DNA of 64,000 bases from Promethearchaeia archaeon (GCA_046497275.1 JAWOFX010000078.1:3024-67023); one strand, 5' to 3'. Counted from the first letter of the stretch, positions 42,468 to 51,982 are shown. Program-made: numbers and translations. Notes: generated from the letters alone by a model not told the origin.

Positions 42468-43699
42468 TGCCGGTCTCTGAATACAAGAAAGAGCTTGATT
42501 TTATCATTGAATTAGATTCAAATATTTTATCTGCAGCAATAATTGAAAATGATGGGAATATTTTAGCGCTATCGAATAATTGGAATATTTCTGATAAAAT
42601 TGAAGAAATAATTCATTCATGGGATTCAGAAGATAAAAGATCTTTCACATTATTAGGAGATAAATATATCATCATCTATAAAAGTCTTGAATCGTTTATC
42701 GCAATCAATAAAACTTCAAGTAATAAATCTATAATTGGTTTTAAATATGATGAGAGAATAATTTTTTGTCAAATTAAGGGAAAGGGTAATACTAATCTGA
42801 TTTTTACTGGAATATTGAAAGAACTAAATAAATTCAGTTCTAAAAAACCTTATATAAAAGAAGACTCCAAATTTGGAAAGAAAGGAAAAATTAAATGGAC
42901 AACTCCTAAAATTCTCCTTGATAACACCCAGAATTTAAAGAAATTGGGCCTACTAAAAGTAGGATTAAGCTTTGATGAAGCTAAGGTATATCTTGCGTTA
43001 TTAAGTAAAGGAGAACAAGGAGAAAAAGTTGGTAATCTCAATAAGGAGTTAGATATAAAAAGAACAACCATTTATCGAATAATTGATCGTTTGATTGAAA
43101 ATAATTGGGTTGAAAAGATATCAGAAAGTCCACAAGGAGTCAGTATTTTTGCTGCACGGTCCTTGGATGCACAATTTGATGAAATTATTAATCAAAAAGA
43201 AGAGGAACTCAGAATTTTAAAAAGTATGAAATATATTTTAGGCGAAACAATTGAAAATGGATGGACAGGTCTTTCCAAGCTTAGAAAGGAATCTCAAAAA
43301 TTAGGAGATAAAGCAATAACCTATGAATCAATGGATATTATTGGAATGGAAAAAGATTGTGGTCTGATTATATTTGATTATGAAGAGTCTGTTTCTGAGA
43401 CTGTGGTCCTAAAAGGAGCATTACAATTAGTCAACGAGAAAATGATGTACGAGATTAAAAGTCAAAAGAATAAAGATTTGGAGGATATTAAAATTATTGA
43501 TACCAAATTCCAAGAGTATTATGGAGCAACTATCCATATCAAATTTAAAAAAGATAGTGAAATTGCGAAAAATGTGGGAGAGGATTGGATTGTTGCATTA
43601 AAACAAGTTGCTATACCTATTGGAGATAAAATATATGTGATATGGGGTTCAGAAGAGAAATTTCCCGTGTTAATGTCTATTATTTTACGCTTAAGTTAA
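42467..43699 (+). CDS. TrmB-like transcriptional regulator with an additional N-terminal domain
   Basis: HTH AKVYLALLSKGEQGEKVGNLNKELDIKRTTIYRIIDRLIENNWVEKISESP; N-terminus LDFIIELDSNILSAAIIENDGNILA... Confidence 0.75.
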   Translation: MPVSEYKKELDFIIELDSNILSAAIIENDGNILALSNNWNISDKIEEIIHSWDSEDKRSFTLLGDKYIIIYKSLESFIAINKTSSNKSIIGFKYDERIIFCQIKGKGNTNLIFTGILKELNKFSSKKPYIKEDSKFGKKGKIKWTTPKILLDNTQNLKKLGLLKVGLSFDEAKVYLALLSKGEQGEKVGNLNKELDIKRTTIYRIIDRLIENNWVEKISESPQGVSIFAARSLDAQFDEIINQKEEELRILKSMKYILGETIENGWTGLSKLRKESQKLGDKAITYESMDIIGMEKDCGLIIFDYEESVSETVVLKGALQLVNEKMMYEIKSQKNKDLEDIKIIDTKFQEYYGATIHIKFKKDSEIAKNVGEDWIVALKQVAIPIGDKIYVIWGSEEKFPVLMSIILRLS

Positions 43700-43718
43700 A
43701 TTAGTATCTATAAAAAGA

Positions 43719-44315
43719 TTAAATCTCCTTCTTAATTTGTTCATAAAAAGTTTTTATTATTTCTACTCGTCTTTGCGCAATTTTTTTAGACTCGTCCAAA
43801 ATCATGTTATTTGGTAATTTTAATATTTTTTCCTTTAAATGTTGGATTACACTTCTTATATTTCCTTTATTATTCAAAGTAAATCCTATAGTTCTATAAA
43901 GACCCACCGCCCCTAAAGCATCTAATTTATCTGCATCAGACAAAATCTTGGCTTCTAATGTGTTTGGCTTAATATTATTCGAAAAGGAATGTGCTTTTAT
44001 TGAATGAATAATGTTATCTATTTCATTTTTCTTGAAGTTATAATTATTTTTTGTAAGGAATTCGAGTGCCATTTTTGCAGACAAATCAGCATGATTTGTA
44101 TTCAATGATTCTTTCTCTCTAATACGTCCAATATCATGCAATAGTGCTGCTATCTTAAGAATAAAAATATTAGCCCCAGAATTTTTGCCAATTTCAAGAC
44201 AGAGATCAAAAACTCTTTCAACGTGTTTAAATCCATGAATATCATTATCTATTGAATTTTTTTCCGCATATTTTTTAATAGACATGAGTATCTGCTTTCT
44301 TTCTGTGGGTTTCAT
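43719..44315 (-). CDS. HD-domain phosphohydrolase
   Basis: HGFKHVERVFDLCL...AALLHDIGRI...HADLSA...ILSDADKLDALG. Confidence 0.92.
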   Translation of the reverse strand: MKPTERKQILMSIKKYAEKNSIDNDIHGFKHVERVFDLCLEIGKNSGANIFILKIAALLHDIGRIREKESLNTNHADLSAKMALEFLTKNNYNFKKNEIDNIIHSIKAHSFSNNIKPNTLEAKILSDADKLDALGAVGLYRTIGFTLNNKGNIRSVIQHLKEKILKLPNNMILDESKKIAQRRVEIIKTFYEQIKKEI

Positions 44316-44490
44316 ATAATTTTCTTCCTTATTTTCTAAAAATATTATACCATGTGAATTAGAACTTCTTCTCTTATATAATTATAATTATTTTTCATTC
44401 AATATCTTAACTTAGCATAATTCTTATTTAATTATAATAACTTAAAATTCAAGTTTGAATAAATTAAATAAGGATCTATAGAATTGAAAA

Positions 44491-45435
44491 TTAGATTTTT
44501 TCCCTAAATCCTTCAAAAAATTCAATTAACTCCTCAGAATCTTTTTTGTATAATATATTAAGCGTATATCCTTGATTTGATGAATACGTTTCTGCGAGTA
44601 ATAAGGATATTTTTAGATAATTCTCCTCCTCTGAGAAGATTGGAATAATTGCATCCCATTTAGAGAAAAAGGGGAAATTTTTTGCAATTTCCAATGATCT
44701 ATTGAGAAGCGACATTAACTTCGAATTTTTTTCAATTTGAGAGTCAATTACAAGTTGTTTTTTACTTACAAATTGATGTTTTTTAAATAGTTGATAATGA
44801 ATAGAGGAATTTTCAAAATTATAAGAATAAATATAATACACAAAAGGGAAGGTTCCGGGAATATATTTTACGTTATTTGGTAATTGAATTTTTAATACAA
44901 TTTTTGTTATGAATTTATAGAGGAAATAGATAATGTAAAATGATAAAAATATGGGGAATAGAATGAATAAAAGCAAATATGGAAATAAAAATCTCAATAT
45001 AAGACTGCTAATTAAAATAAAAATTGATATCATAGCCAAAAATGGTGTCACTGCTCTATCAATAAAAAAACGATACTTCTTTTTTGAAAATGGATATAAT
45101 AATGGGATTTTAGACGCTGTTAGAAAATCAAATAAGATATGAAGATTATAGAAAGTAAAACCAACGAGCCAAGATAAAAGAAAATCAAGTTGAAATATTA
45201 GAAATATCATTAAACTCGGGATTAATGAAATTAGTGCGGAACCTATAAATGAATGAGAAAACCCCTTATGGGAGAGGATTTCAGAATTCCTAAATTTTGG
45301 TATGAGCTCAAGAAAAACGTCCAAATCTGCTAATATCGCCATAAATGCCGCATAATAAAAATAGATTATATCTAATCCCTCTACTACATACCTAGCAATT
45401 AATATCGCAATAATTAGGTGTGAAAAGAAATCCAT
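44491..45435 (-). CDS. Membrane-bound metal-dependent hydrolase-like (DUF457/YdjM type)
   Basis: MDFFSHLIIAILIA...AAFMAILADLDVFLELIP...SHKGFSHSF...NLHILFDFL. Confidence 0.75.
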   Translation of the reverse strand: MDFFSHLIIAILIARYVVEGLDIIYFYYAAFMAILADLDVFLELIPKFRNSEILSHKGFSHSFIGSALISLIPSLMIFLIFQLDFLLSWLVGFTFYNLHILFDFLTASKIPLLYPFSKKKYRFFIDRAVTPFLAMISIFILISSLILRFLFPYLLLFILFPIFLSFYIIYFLYKFITKIVLKIQLPNNVKYIPGTFPFVYYIYSYNFENSSIHYQLFKKHQFVSKKQLVIDSQIEKNSKLMSLLNRSLEIAKNFPFFSKWDAIIPIFSEEENYLKISLLLAETYSSNQGYTLNILYKKDSEELIEFFEGFREKI

Positions 45436-45571
45436 CAGTCGTTTTGAGAAATTTTTCTATGATTTAAAAGCTTTTTATAATTCTTTATAAGAAAAAATAT
45501 TGATTGAAATATAAAAAAATTAAAAAAATAGGAAAGGAATAATTTTATAATTGCTAGAATCGTTCTTAACT

Positions 45572-47194
45572 CTATATAACTCTAATATTTCTGTTAATCG
45601 TGTTAACATTCCCAAAGTTATCTGATATTTTAAATTTGACTTCATAAATACCAGGTTTTTCATAGGCATGTTTAGTTAGGATAATATTGCTAGTTTCTCC
45701 ATCACCAAAATCCCATTCAAAATCTAACGAAATACTTTCTGGAGCAGTAAAAACGGTAGGATGGAACAAAGCGGAATAACCAACGGGAACAGGATAAGGT
45801 AGTACATCAAAGAAACCAGAAGGAGGGTCTATTACTTCTTTTTTTGTCATAAATTGCTGCATGTTATCTAATTTTCCATCTGCTTCTATAATAGAATCTT
45901 TTGGGGTTTTTAATATATGCTCGATAATCTCTATATGTGCTTTAGTAGCTCTTTCGAGTCGTTCAGGAGGTACTCTTTCGGTTGTATCTTCTTTTGTATG
46001 ATAAAAGATTGATTTTCCAATGATCATTATTGAAGGAACGTCTGCAAAAACAAATGGTCCCATATCACTAACGGGCAAAGTTTTCGCGGATACATACGCA
46101 GAAGGGAACAATTGATATTTAAGAACTGAATCAATAACTATAGATGTCAACACAGAATTATCTGTAATAAATAAACCTCGTTTTTCATCCTTGCCTGTCT
46201 CGACAACTGCTCCATCAGCTTGATTATAGTAGCCATTAGATGCTAAACCATCTAACATAATGAAGGTAACAATTTTATCAAGCATATCTTGATGCATTTT
46301 TGTAAATTTATTTACACCAATTAAGCCCGTTTCGTGTCCCGTCCACCCAACAAATTTGATTGTCTTATCTCTTTTTTCTAGGGGAAGATCTGCAAAAAAT
46401 CTTGCCATCGCTATTAATCCTGCATTGGCTGCAGCATTATCCATAGCTCCTGTGAAGGTGGAATCGGTATGAGTCCCAATTAATATTATATCTTCTGATT
46501 TACCTGGGATGGTGCCAATAATCGTATTAGTCTTAGCTTTCTCTGTTTTTACCTTTTGAATAAGATTGACTTTTAGATTACTTCTATTATTTGAACATAA
46601 ATATTTTAAATATTCTCCATCAATATTGTTAACAGAAAGCGCCGGTAATCTTCGCTTCCAACCCAACATAGACATATAGAAAATATATGTGATTAAATCA
46701 AGCGGGGAACCATTAATAAATACAACCGCTAATGCTCCGTTTTCTTTTGCTAAAGCTAAAGAATTAAAAATTCTGTCTGTATAAGAGGGAAAAAAATTAA
46801 GTATCATTTTGCCTTCTATTAAAGCTATTTTATTTTGGACTGATATTTTTTCAAAATCTACGGAAGTTCCGTTTCCAACATACACAAAATCTGCAGTGAT
46901 TCCTTCAGAATCTGTAGATCCAGTTGTCCAGACGGGAAATGAGGTTATAATTTGATCATCGAGAATAGGGAGCTCGTCATTTTTTAAAATTTTGAGACCA
47001 TACTCTTCAGCCCACCATCTATTGAATTTATATTCTTCCAGTTCCACATCTGAGATTCCTGCTCTTTTTAACTCCTCAAAAATATATTCCTCTGTTTTGA
47101 CAGCCGATTCAGTTCCCGCTCTACGATATCCAAAATCACATATAGTTTTCATATGCTGATAAATTTCTTGCCCATTAATATCCTTTAAATCCAT
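45572..47194 (-). CDS. M28 family aminopeptidase with PA-like insert and C-terminal PKD domain
   Basis: GTHTDSTFTGAMDNAAANAG, GWTGHETGL, C-terminal LDFEWDFGDGETSN...HAYEKPGIYEVKFKISDN. Confidence 0.88.
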   Translation of the reverse strand: MDLKDINGQEIYQHMKTICDFGYRRAGTESAVKTEEYIFEELKRAGISDVELEEYKFNRWWAEEYGLKILKNDELPILDDQIITSFPVWTTGSTDSEGITADFVYVGNGTSVDFEKISVQNKIALIEGKMILNFFPSYTDRIFNSLALAKENGALAVVFINGSPLDLITYIFYMSMLGWKRRLPALSVNNIDGEYLKYLCSNNRSNLKVNLIQKVKTEKAKTNTIIGTIPGKSEDIILIGTHTDSTFTGAMDNAAANAGLIAMARFFADLPLEKRDKTIKFVGWTGHETGLIGVNKFTKMHQDMLDKIVTFIMLDGLASNGYYNQADGAVVETGKDEKRGLFITDNSVLTSIVIDSVLKYQLFPSAYVSAKTLPVSDMGPFVFADVPSIMIIGKSIFYHTKEDTTERVPPERLERATKAHIEIIEHILKTPKDSIIEADGKLDNMQQFMTKKEVIDPPSGFFDVLPYPVPVGYSALFHPTVFTAPESISLDFEWDFGDGETSNIILTKHAYEKPGIYEVKFKISDNFGNVNTINRNIRVI

Positions 47195-47323
47195 TTTGAA
47201 TTCGCCATTTTGATTAAATTAATATATAATTATACGGATTAAATATAAAAATATTAAGGAGGGGAAAAAAATGTGAATTATTAATAATAAAGAAAATTAA
47301 GAGATATAAAGAAAATTTCTCGA

Positions 47324-47998
47324 TTACTTATCTCTTGGAAAATAAGGACACCTTTCCATATGACAATCATTATTAAGTTCCCAAACATCACATCTCCCGA
47401 TTACTTTTGAACGAGTTAAATGATAATCCATATTATTTAAGATTTTTAAAGCTTGATCTATAGCCGTATATGCACTTAATCTGCAACATCTTGGCCCACC
47501 TAATTTTCCAATTCTTTTATTTGCTTCTTGCGCAGCTTCGAATGCAGCTGAACGAGCTTTGTCATGAAATGGATTTGCTCGTTTAACCAGACTCACAGCA
47601 ATCCCAAGACCAGATCCCCCACCACAAGTACCACAGAAACCACATCCCCCCGCCGGTATTTTAAGGCCTCTACTAAATGCTTCTTTAATATCTTTGTCTG
47701 TAAAATCATATCCATTATTTCTCAAAGCTGTTATAATGACTGCTGGAACTATTCCATGGTGCCATGGACCGTGGAATGGTAAGGTTTCTGAAGCAGTCCA
47801 CTCCTCTCGTAATTTATCGATTGTATTCTCAAAAATAAGAAATGCATCTTTATCTTTTTGCTGTAATATTATTGGGAGCACTTTTGGCATGAAATTTTGA
47901 TAATCCTCCATTGTTAGGTTATCAAAATCCAAAACAGTTTCCATAAATTCATCATAATAAGGTATTTCTTTTGCTTGTTCAAATTGTTTTGTATCCAT
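47324..47998 (-). CDS. DUF5714-like protein, Cys/Gly-rich motif
   Basis: GPWHHGIVPAVIITALR...IPAGGCGFCGTCGGGSGLGIAVS...LGGPRCCRLSAYTAI. Confidence 0.65.
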   Translation of the reverse strand: MDTKQFEQAKEIPYYDEFMETVLDFDNLTMEDYQNFMPKVLPIILQQKDKDAFLIFENTIDKLREEWTASETLPFHGPWHHGIVPAVIITALRNNGYDFTDKDIKEAFSRGLKIPAGGCGFCGTCGGGSGLGIAVSLVKRANPFHDKARSAAFEAAQEANKRIGKLGGPRCCRLSAYTAIDQALKILNNMDYHLTRSKVIGRCDVWELNNDCHMERCPYFPRDK

Positions 47999-48109
47999 AT
48001 GAATTCACTTATAATATTTTTATATAATTTTAAAAATAATCAAACTAATTTAAATTTTCTTGAAATGGACCGAAAAATATTAAAATAAAATTTAATTACT
48101 TTTCTTATA

Positions 48110-48472
48110 ATGGATGACGATCGCTTCAAAAATTATATTAATGAATTGGAACCTGAAACTACTTGTGAAGCCTTTTTAAAACAGAATAGAGAGATTTTGA
48201 AAAAATTTAAATCAAATAATAAATTTAAAAGAGAATTTAAAGTATATAACGCATTGGGCCATAAATTGCGATATATGATTTTTAAAATTCTTCAGAATAA
48301 GCCTATGTGTGTTTGTGCATTAGCACAAGTTTTTGAAAAATCCGATAGTAGCATTGCTTATCATTTGAATATATTACAAGATGCTGCACTCATAATTGGT
48401 AGAAAAAAAGGATATTTCACAATTTACTATTCTAAAGAAAAATTATTAACTGAAATAAATGAAATTCTTTAG
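48110..48472 (+). CDS. arsR: ArsR-family metalloregulator with CVC motif
   Basis: LGHKLRYMIFKILQNKPMCVCALAQVFEKSDSSIAYHLNILQDAALI. Confidence 0.85.
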   Translation: MDDDRFKNYINELEPETTCEAFLKQNREILKKFKSNNKFKREFKVYNALGHKLRYMIFKILQNKPMCVCALAQVFEKSDSSIAYHLNILQDAALIIGRKKGYFTIYYSKEKLLTEINEIL

Positions 48473-48486
48473 AAATTTAAATTATG

Positions 48487-48903
48487 TTAAAACAAGATTT
48501 TCCTTTCTTTTAACCATGATTTGATTTTCTCTTCAATTTCATCTCGAGTTTTTCGAAATTTCTCCAATTTTTCTGCTTTTGACCCTTCAAATGCCGCAGG
48601 ATCCTCAATATCCCAAAATAATCTTGTGCTTACTCCAGGAAGGGTAGGACATAATTTTTCTGCTTTTTGACATAATGTTATTACTATTCCAAAATGTTTT
48701 TCTCCTAAATATTGACTTAAATCTTTGGAATAATGGTTTTTCATATCATAACCTTTTTCTTCCATAACTTCTTTAGCGAGAGAATGGATTTCTCTGGGTT
48801 CAAATCCGGCACTAAACACATTGAAATGATCGGCAGCATATTTATTTAGTATGGCTTCTGCCATCTGGCTTCTGCAAGAATTTCCGGTACATAATACAAC
48901 CAC
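48487..48903 (-). CDS. arsC: Arsenate reductase (low-MW PTP / thioredoxin-linked type)
   Basis: VVLCTGNSCRSQMAEAILN...FSAGFEP...VITLCQKAEKLCPTLPG...DIEDPA. Confidence 0.93.
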   Translation of the reverse strand: MVVLCTGNSCRSQMAEAILNKYAADHFNVFSAGFEPREIHSLAKEVMEEKGYDMKNHYSKDLSQYLGEKHFGIVITLCQKAEKLCPTLPGVSTRLFWDIEDPAAFEGSKAEKLEKFRKTRDEIEEKIKSWLKERKILF

Positions 48904-48935
48904 ATTTTTTGATTTGATTTAGATTTACCTCTAAA

Positions 48936-49235
48936 TTATGTATTTGAATTTGAACTTTGATTAATTAAACCTTTTTCTTCTAAAATTTTAGATAATTGCT
49001 TTTTTAATACATATACAGAAGAGATCTTTTTCTCTTCATCAATAATAACACATTTTTGAAATAAATTCATCTCCGCAGCTTTTTCGGAATGTAATGACAT
49101 TGTATCATGTTCGATAAATTTAATATATGGAGTAAGCACCTCAAAAACACGGTTCATGAAATTTTCCCATTCACACGTACAAACCTGTAATGGAACATAA
49201 ATATCCACTTTAAGTTTTTCTTTTAGTTTTGACAT
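48936..49235 (-). CDS. Thioredoxin-like small protein with CxC motif (ORF track extends to 49274; MSKLKEKL start preferred)
   Basis: KVDIYVPLQVCTCEWENFMNRVFEVLTPYIKF. Confidence 0.55.
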   Translation of the reverse strand: MSKLKEKLKVDIYVPLQVCTCEWENFMNRVFEVLTPYIKFIEHDTMSLHSEKAAEMNLFQKCVIIDEEKKISSVYVLKKQLSKILEEKGLINQSSNSNT

Positions 49236-49261
49236 AAAATCCCTCTTTTGATTAAATTCTA

Positions 49262-49594
49262 TTAACAACAACAAGATGTATCATTAGATTTTCCTTTCGA
49301 ACGTTTTCTAGCATCCCATAGGCATCCACATCCTTGCTGTTCTTGCATTATTATTGCTTGAGTGGGACAATTTCTTTGACATGCACTACATTCTGTGCAT
49401 TTTTCTGGGCTCCTAATTGTATATGTACCATCATTTTCTTTTTGTGGAAGACCAAATGGGCAAATTTCTTCGCATAAACCACATGCAATACATTTTGATG
49501 GATCAATAATAATCCTTAAATTTAAAGCCTTCAGAAAACCTTCAATATTACTGCTAGAGTCACAACATTTATTATTTTCTTTTAGTTCTGTCAT
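49262..49594 (-). CDS. HgcB-like 2x[4Fe-4S] ferredoxin with terminal cysteines
   Basis: CIACGLCEEICPFG, CTECSACQRNCPTQAI, GCGCLWDAR...TSCCC at the C-terminus. Confidence 0.75.
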   Translation of the reverse strand: MTELKENNKCCDSSSNIEGFLKALNLRIIIDPSKCIACGLCEEICPFGLPQKENDGTYTIRSPEKCTECSACQRNCPTQAIIMQEQQGCGCLWDARKRSKGKSNDTSCCC

Positions 49595-49625
49595 TTTTAA
49601 TAGTTTAAATAATTTTGTTTTCTTT

Positions 49626-51287
49626 TTATATTATTATAACACTCAAAATTGTAGAAATCACACCAACACTAAGTAGAAGGGAATTTAATTTTTTAAATAA
49701 TGGATATTCATCACGAATTTCTCTAGGATTAGTAGACATTGTATATCCGCTAAAAGACATTGTAGTGAAGAACCCAATCCATAGAAAAAAGAATAAATTC
49801 AAAAAAATATACAATAAAGACAATCTAAGGAACCATGTGATTATTCCAAGGAATATTGTATTAATAATTCCGAAAAATAAACTTTTCACAATAAAATTAC
49901 GTGTAAATTGAGATAGTGGATAAAGTAATGTTAATATTAGGTTTGGAAAGAGTATCCAAATTAGGAGATCTCCAACCATCCAAGTTTTATTGATTACATT
50001 AATAATATCTAGTGCCAAAAATGATATGAAAAGAGTTAATAGGGGAAAAAAGAAAACTTTTCTCATTAGAAATGTAGTATGGGTTATTCCTGCACTTATT
50101 CTATGTTGTAAAGTAAATCTTGCTCTTTTCATTTTTTGAGGTTTTTTATTTGGTCGCTTTGTTAGATATTCCTTTAAATATTTTGACCAAACAGGTCCAT
50201 ATTTTACCTTAAATGGGAATTTTTCAGACATCTCTGGAAGATTAGGTTTTGAAACACCTCCAGCAGAGAGTTGTGGTAAGATGATAGTTCTATTCTCAGT
50301 GAATTGTCGCAAAACAGTTGCTTCAACAGCTTCAACTAATTGCGTATTACCAAAATCATTACCTCTTGCAGCACACCATACATTTATCCCATTAGAATCA
50401 AGGGATAAAACCCAAGCATCTATATCTTCCAAGTCCCTCATAACTTTTATAAAAGTATAGACATAATTAGCCGTGGCTATAATAGGAGATTTTGCATCTG
50501 GGTCCCCCGATTTATATAATCCTGGTTCAACTGAGATATTATCAACTTGTCCAGTTAATAAACATCTCCAGATTTTTAATTGAGAAGAAAAACCCTTTAT
50601 TTTAGGTTTTTCAGGGCTATAATAACCGGGTTTAGAATTTGGTCTTGAATTTTTTACTAACTCTATTACTCTAATTGATCCGTGAATCCATTCCTCGTTA
50701 TCGACAATTTTAAAGCCAATAGGTTCTAAATAATCATAAAAATGTTCTAAAGGTTTAGACTTATCTATATTAAGCCTTTTCAATTTTTTGCCATAAAACC
50801 ATCTTTTAACCTTAAAAGGAATTTTCCATATTCCAGAAGGGACAAATTCTGCGGCAATTATTAATCGACCCCCAGTTTTTAAAGCTTTCCAAGAATTACG
50901 AAGGAAGATTTGTTGCTCTAAAGGTCTTAATTCAGATAACATAAAAGTGCTAATTACAAGATCTTGAGATTTATCAGGAACATTTAGACTCTTTATTGTA
51001 CCTATTTGATATATTAATTCTATGTTATCTTTTTCGGGGATGTTTTTCATAGCATAACTAATCATCTGATAATTTTTATCAATCGCTATTACTTTACAAC
51101 CTTTTAAAGCCATTTTTGATGCGAGGGATCCCGTACCACATCCTACTTCCAGAATTGACTGATCTGGTGCAGTTTTATCTAAAATCCAATTATGAACTTC
51201 TAGGTTAATTCCTTGAGTTAGAGATTTAAATTTTGAATCATAACTCTCAGGTTGTTGCTCCAATTTTAACATGTAGGTAACAGCCAT
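49626..51287 (-). CDS. Fusion: N-terminal SAM methyltransferase + HgcA-like corrinoid-binding domain + C-terminal TM region
   Basis: ILEVGCGTGSLASKMALKG; VEPGLYKSGDPDAKSPIIATANYVYTFIKVMRDLEDIDAWVLSLDSNGINVWCAARGNDFGNTQLVE...ILPQLSAGGV...FKVKYGPV; about five C-terminal TM segments. Confidence 0.8.
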   Translation of the reverse strand: MAVTYMLKLEQQPESYDSKFKSLTQGINLEVHNWILDKTAPDQSILEVGCGTGSLASKMALKGCKVIAIDKNYQMISYAMKNIPEKDNIELIYQIGTIKSLNVPDKSQDLVISTFMLSELRPLEQQIFLRNSWKALKTGGRLIIAAEFVPSGIWKIPFKVKRWFYGKKLKRLNIDKSKPLEHFYDYLEPIGFKIVDNEEWIHGSIRVIELVKNSRPNSKPGYYSPEKPKIKGFSSQLKIWRCLLTGQVDNISVEPGLYKSGDPDAKSPIIATANYVYTFIKVMRDLEDIDAWVLSLDSNGINVWCAARGNDFGNTQLVEAVEATVLRQFTENRTIILPQLSAGGVSKPNLPEMSEKFPFKVKYGPVWSKYLKEYLTKRPNKKPQKMKRARFTLQHRISAGITHTTFLMRKVFFFPLLTLFISFLALDIINVINKTWMVGDLLIWILFPNLILTLLYPLSQFTRNFIVKSLFFGIINTIFLGIITWFLRLSLLYIFLNLFFFLWIGFFTTMSFSGYTMSTNPREIRDEYPLFKKLNSLLLSVGVISTILSVIII

Positions 51288-51604
51288 TTTTCATACCTCT
51301 TTAAGAATATAAACTAAATCTTTTTTACTTTCCAGAATCCTTTTTTTCCAAGAAATCGTCCTAAATATATAATTGAAAGTATAATGGGAATTTCTCAAAA
51401 TAATACTTTTGATTTGCAGATTCTAAATTTACTTTTAGTTGTCTAAGCTTCATAATAAGTGAATTTTATTTTAGATTTAAACCTATCGATTTGGACTCAT
51501 TAACCCCAATCTGAAATATTTTATAATTAATTTTAATTACTATATATGAATAGAGAAAACAAGGATGGTGAAACAATATTAATAAAGAGAGAAAAATTGA
51601 ACTT

Positions 51605-51982
51605 ATGGATACATTAAAAAGTTGTGTAGATTTGAAGGGTGTTAATATGTCCGAATATTTCAATGAACTAAAAGAATTCGGAAATTCCCTTACTTACAAA
51701 AAGGAATTTCGAGAGATATTAGAGTTTTGTAATACTCTAGGTAATGAAGAGAGATTAAAAATCATTGAGAGCCTTAATAAACAAGATCATTGCGTATGTG
51801 AGTTAGAAGTAATTTTAGGTAAATCCCAATCAACAGTTTCCCATCATTTACGAGAATTGGAAAAGATTGACCTCATTAGAGGATGGAAAAAAGGGAAATT
51901 CACTCATTATGTTATAATACAAGAAAAATTGGATTATTATTTGAATTTAATTTGTCAAAAATATAGAAAAACCGATTCTTAA
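51605..51982 (+). CDS. arsR: ArsR-family metalloregulator with CVC motif, divergent from the fusion gene
   Basis: LGNEERLKIIESLNKQDHCVCELEVILGKSQSTVSHHLRELEKIDLI. Confidence 0.88.
   Translation: MDTLKSCVDLKGVNMSEYFNELKEFGNSLTYKKEFREILEFCNTLGNEERLKIIESLNKQDHCVCELEVILGKSQSTVSHHLRELEKIDLIRGWKKGKFTHYVIIQEKLDYYLNLICQKYRKTDS

Noticed and set aside
49395-49911. Plus-strand ORFs opposite the HgcB-like and fusion genes
   Set aside because: Antisense frames; the minus-strand genes carry specific cysteine/corrinoid motifs.
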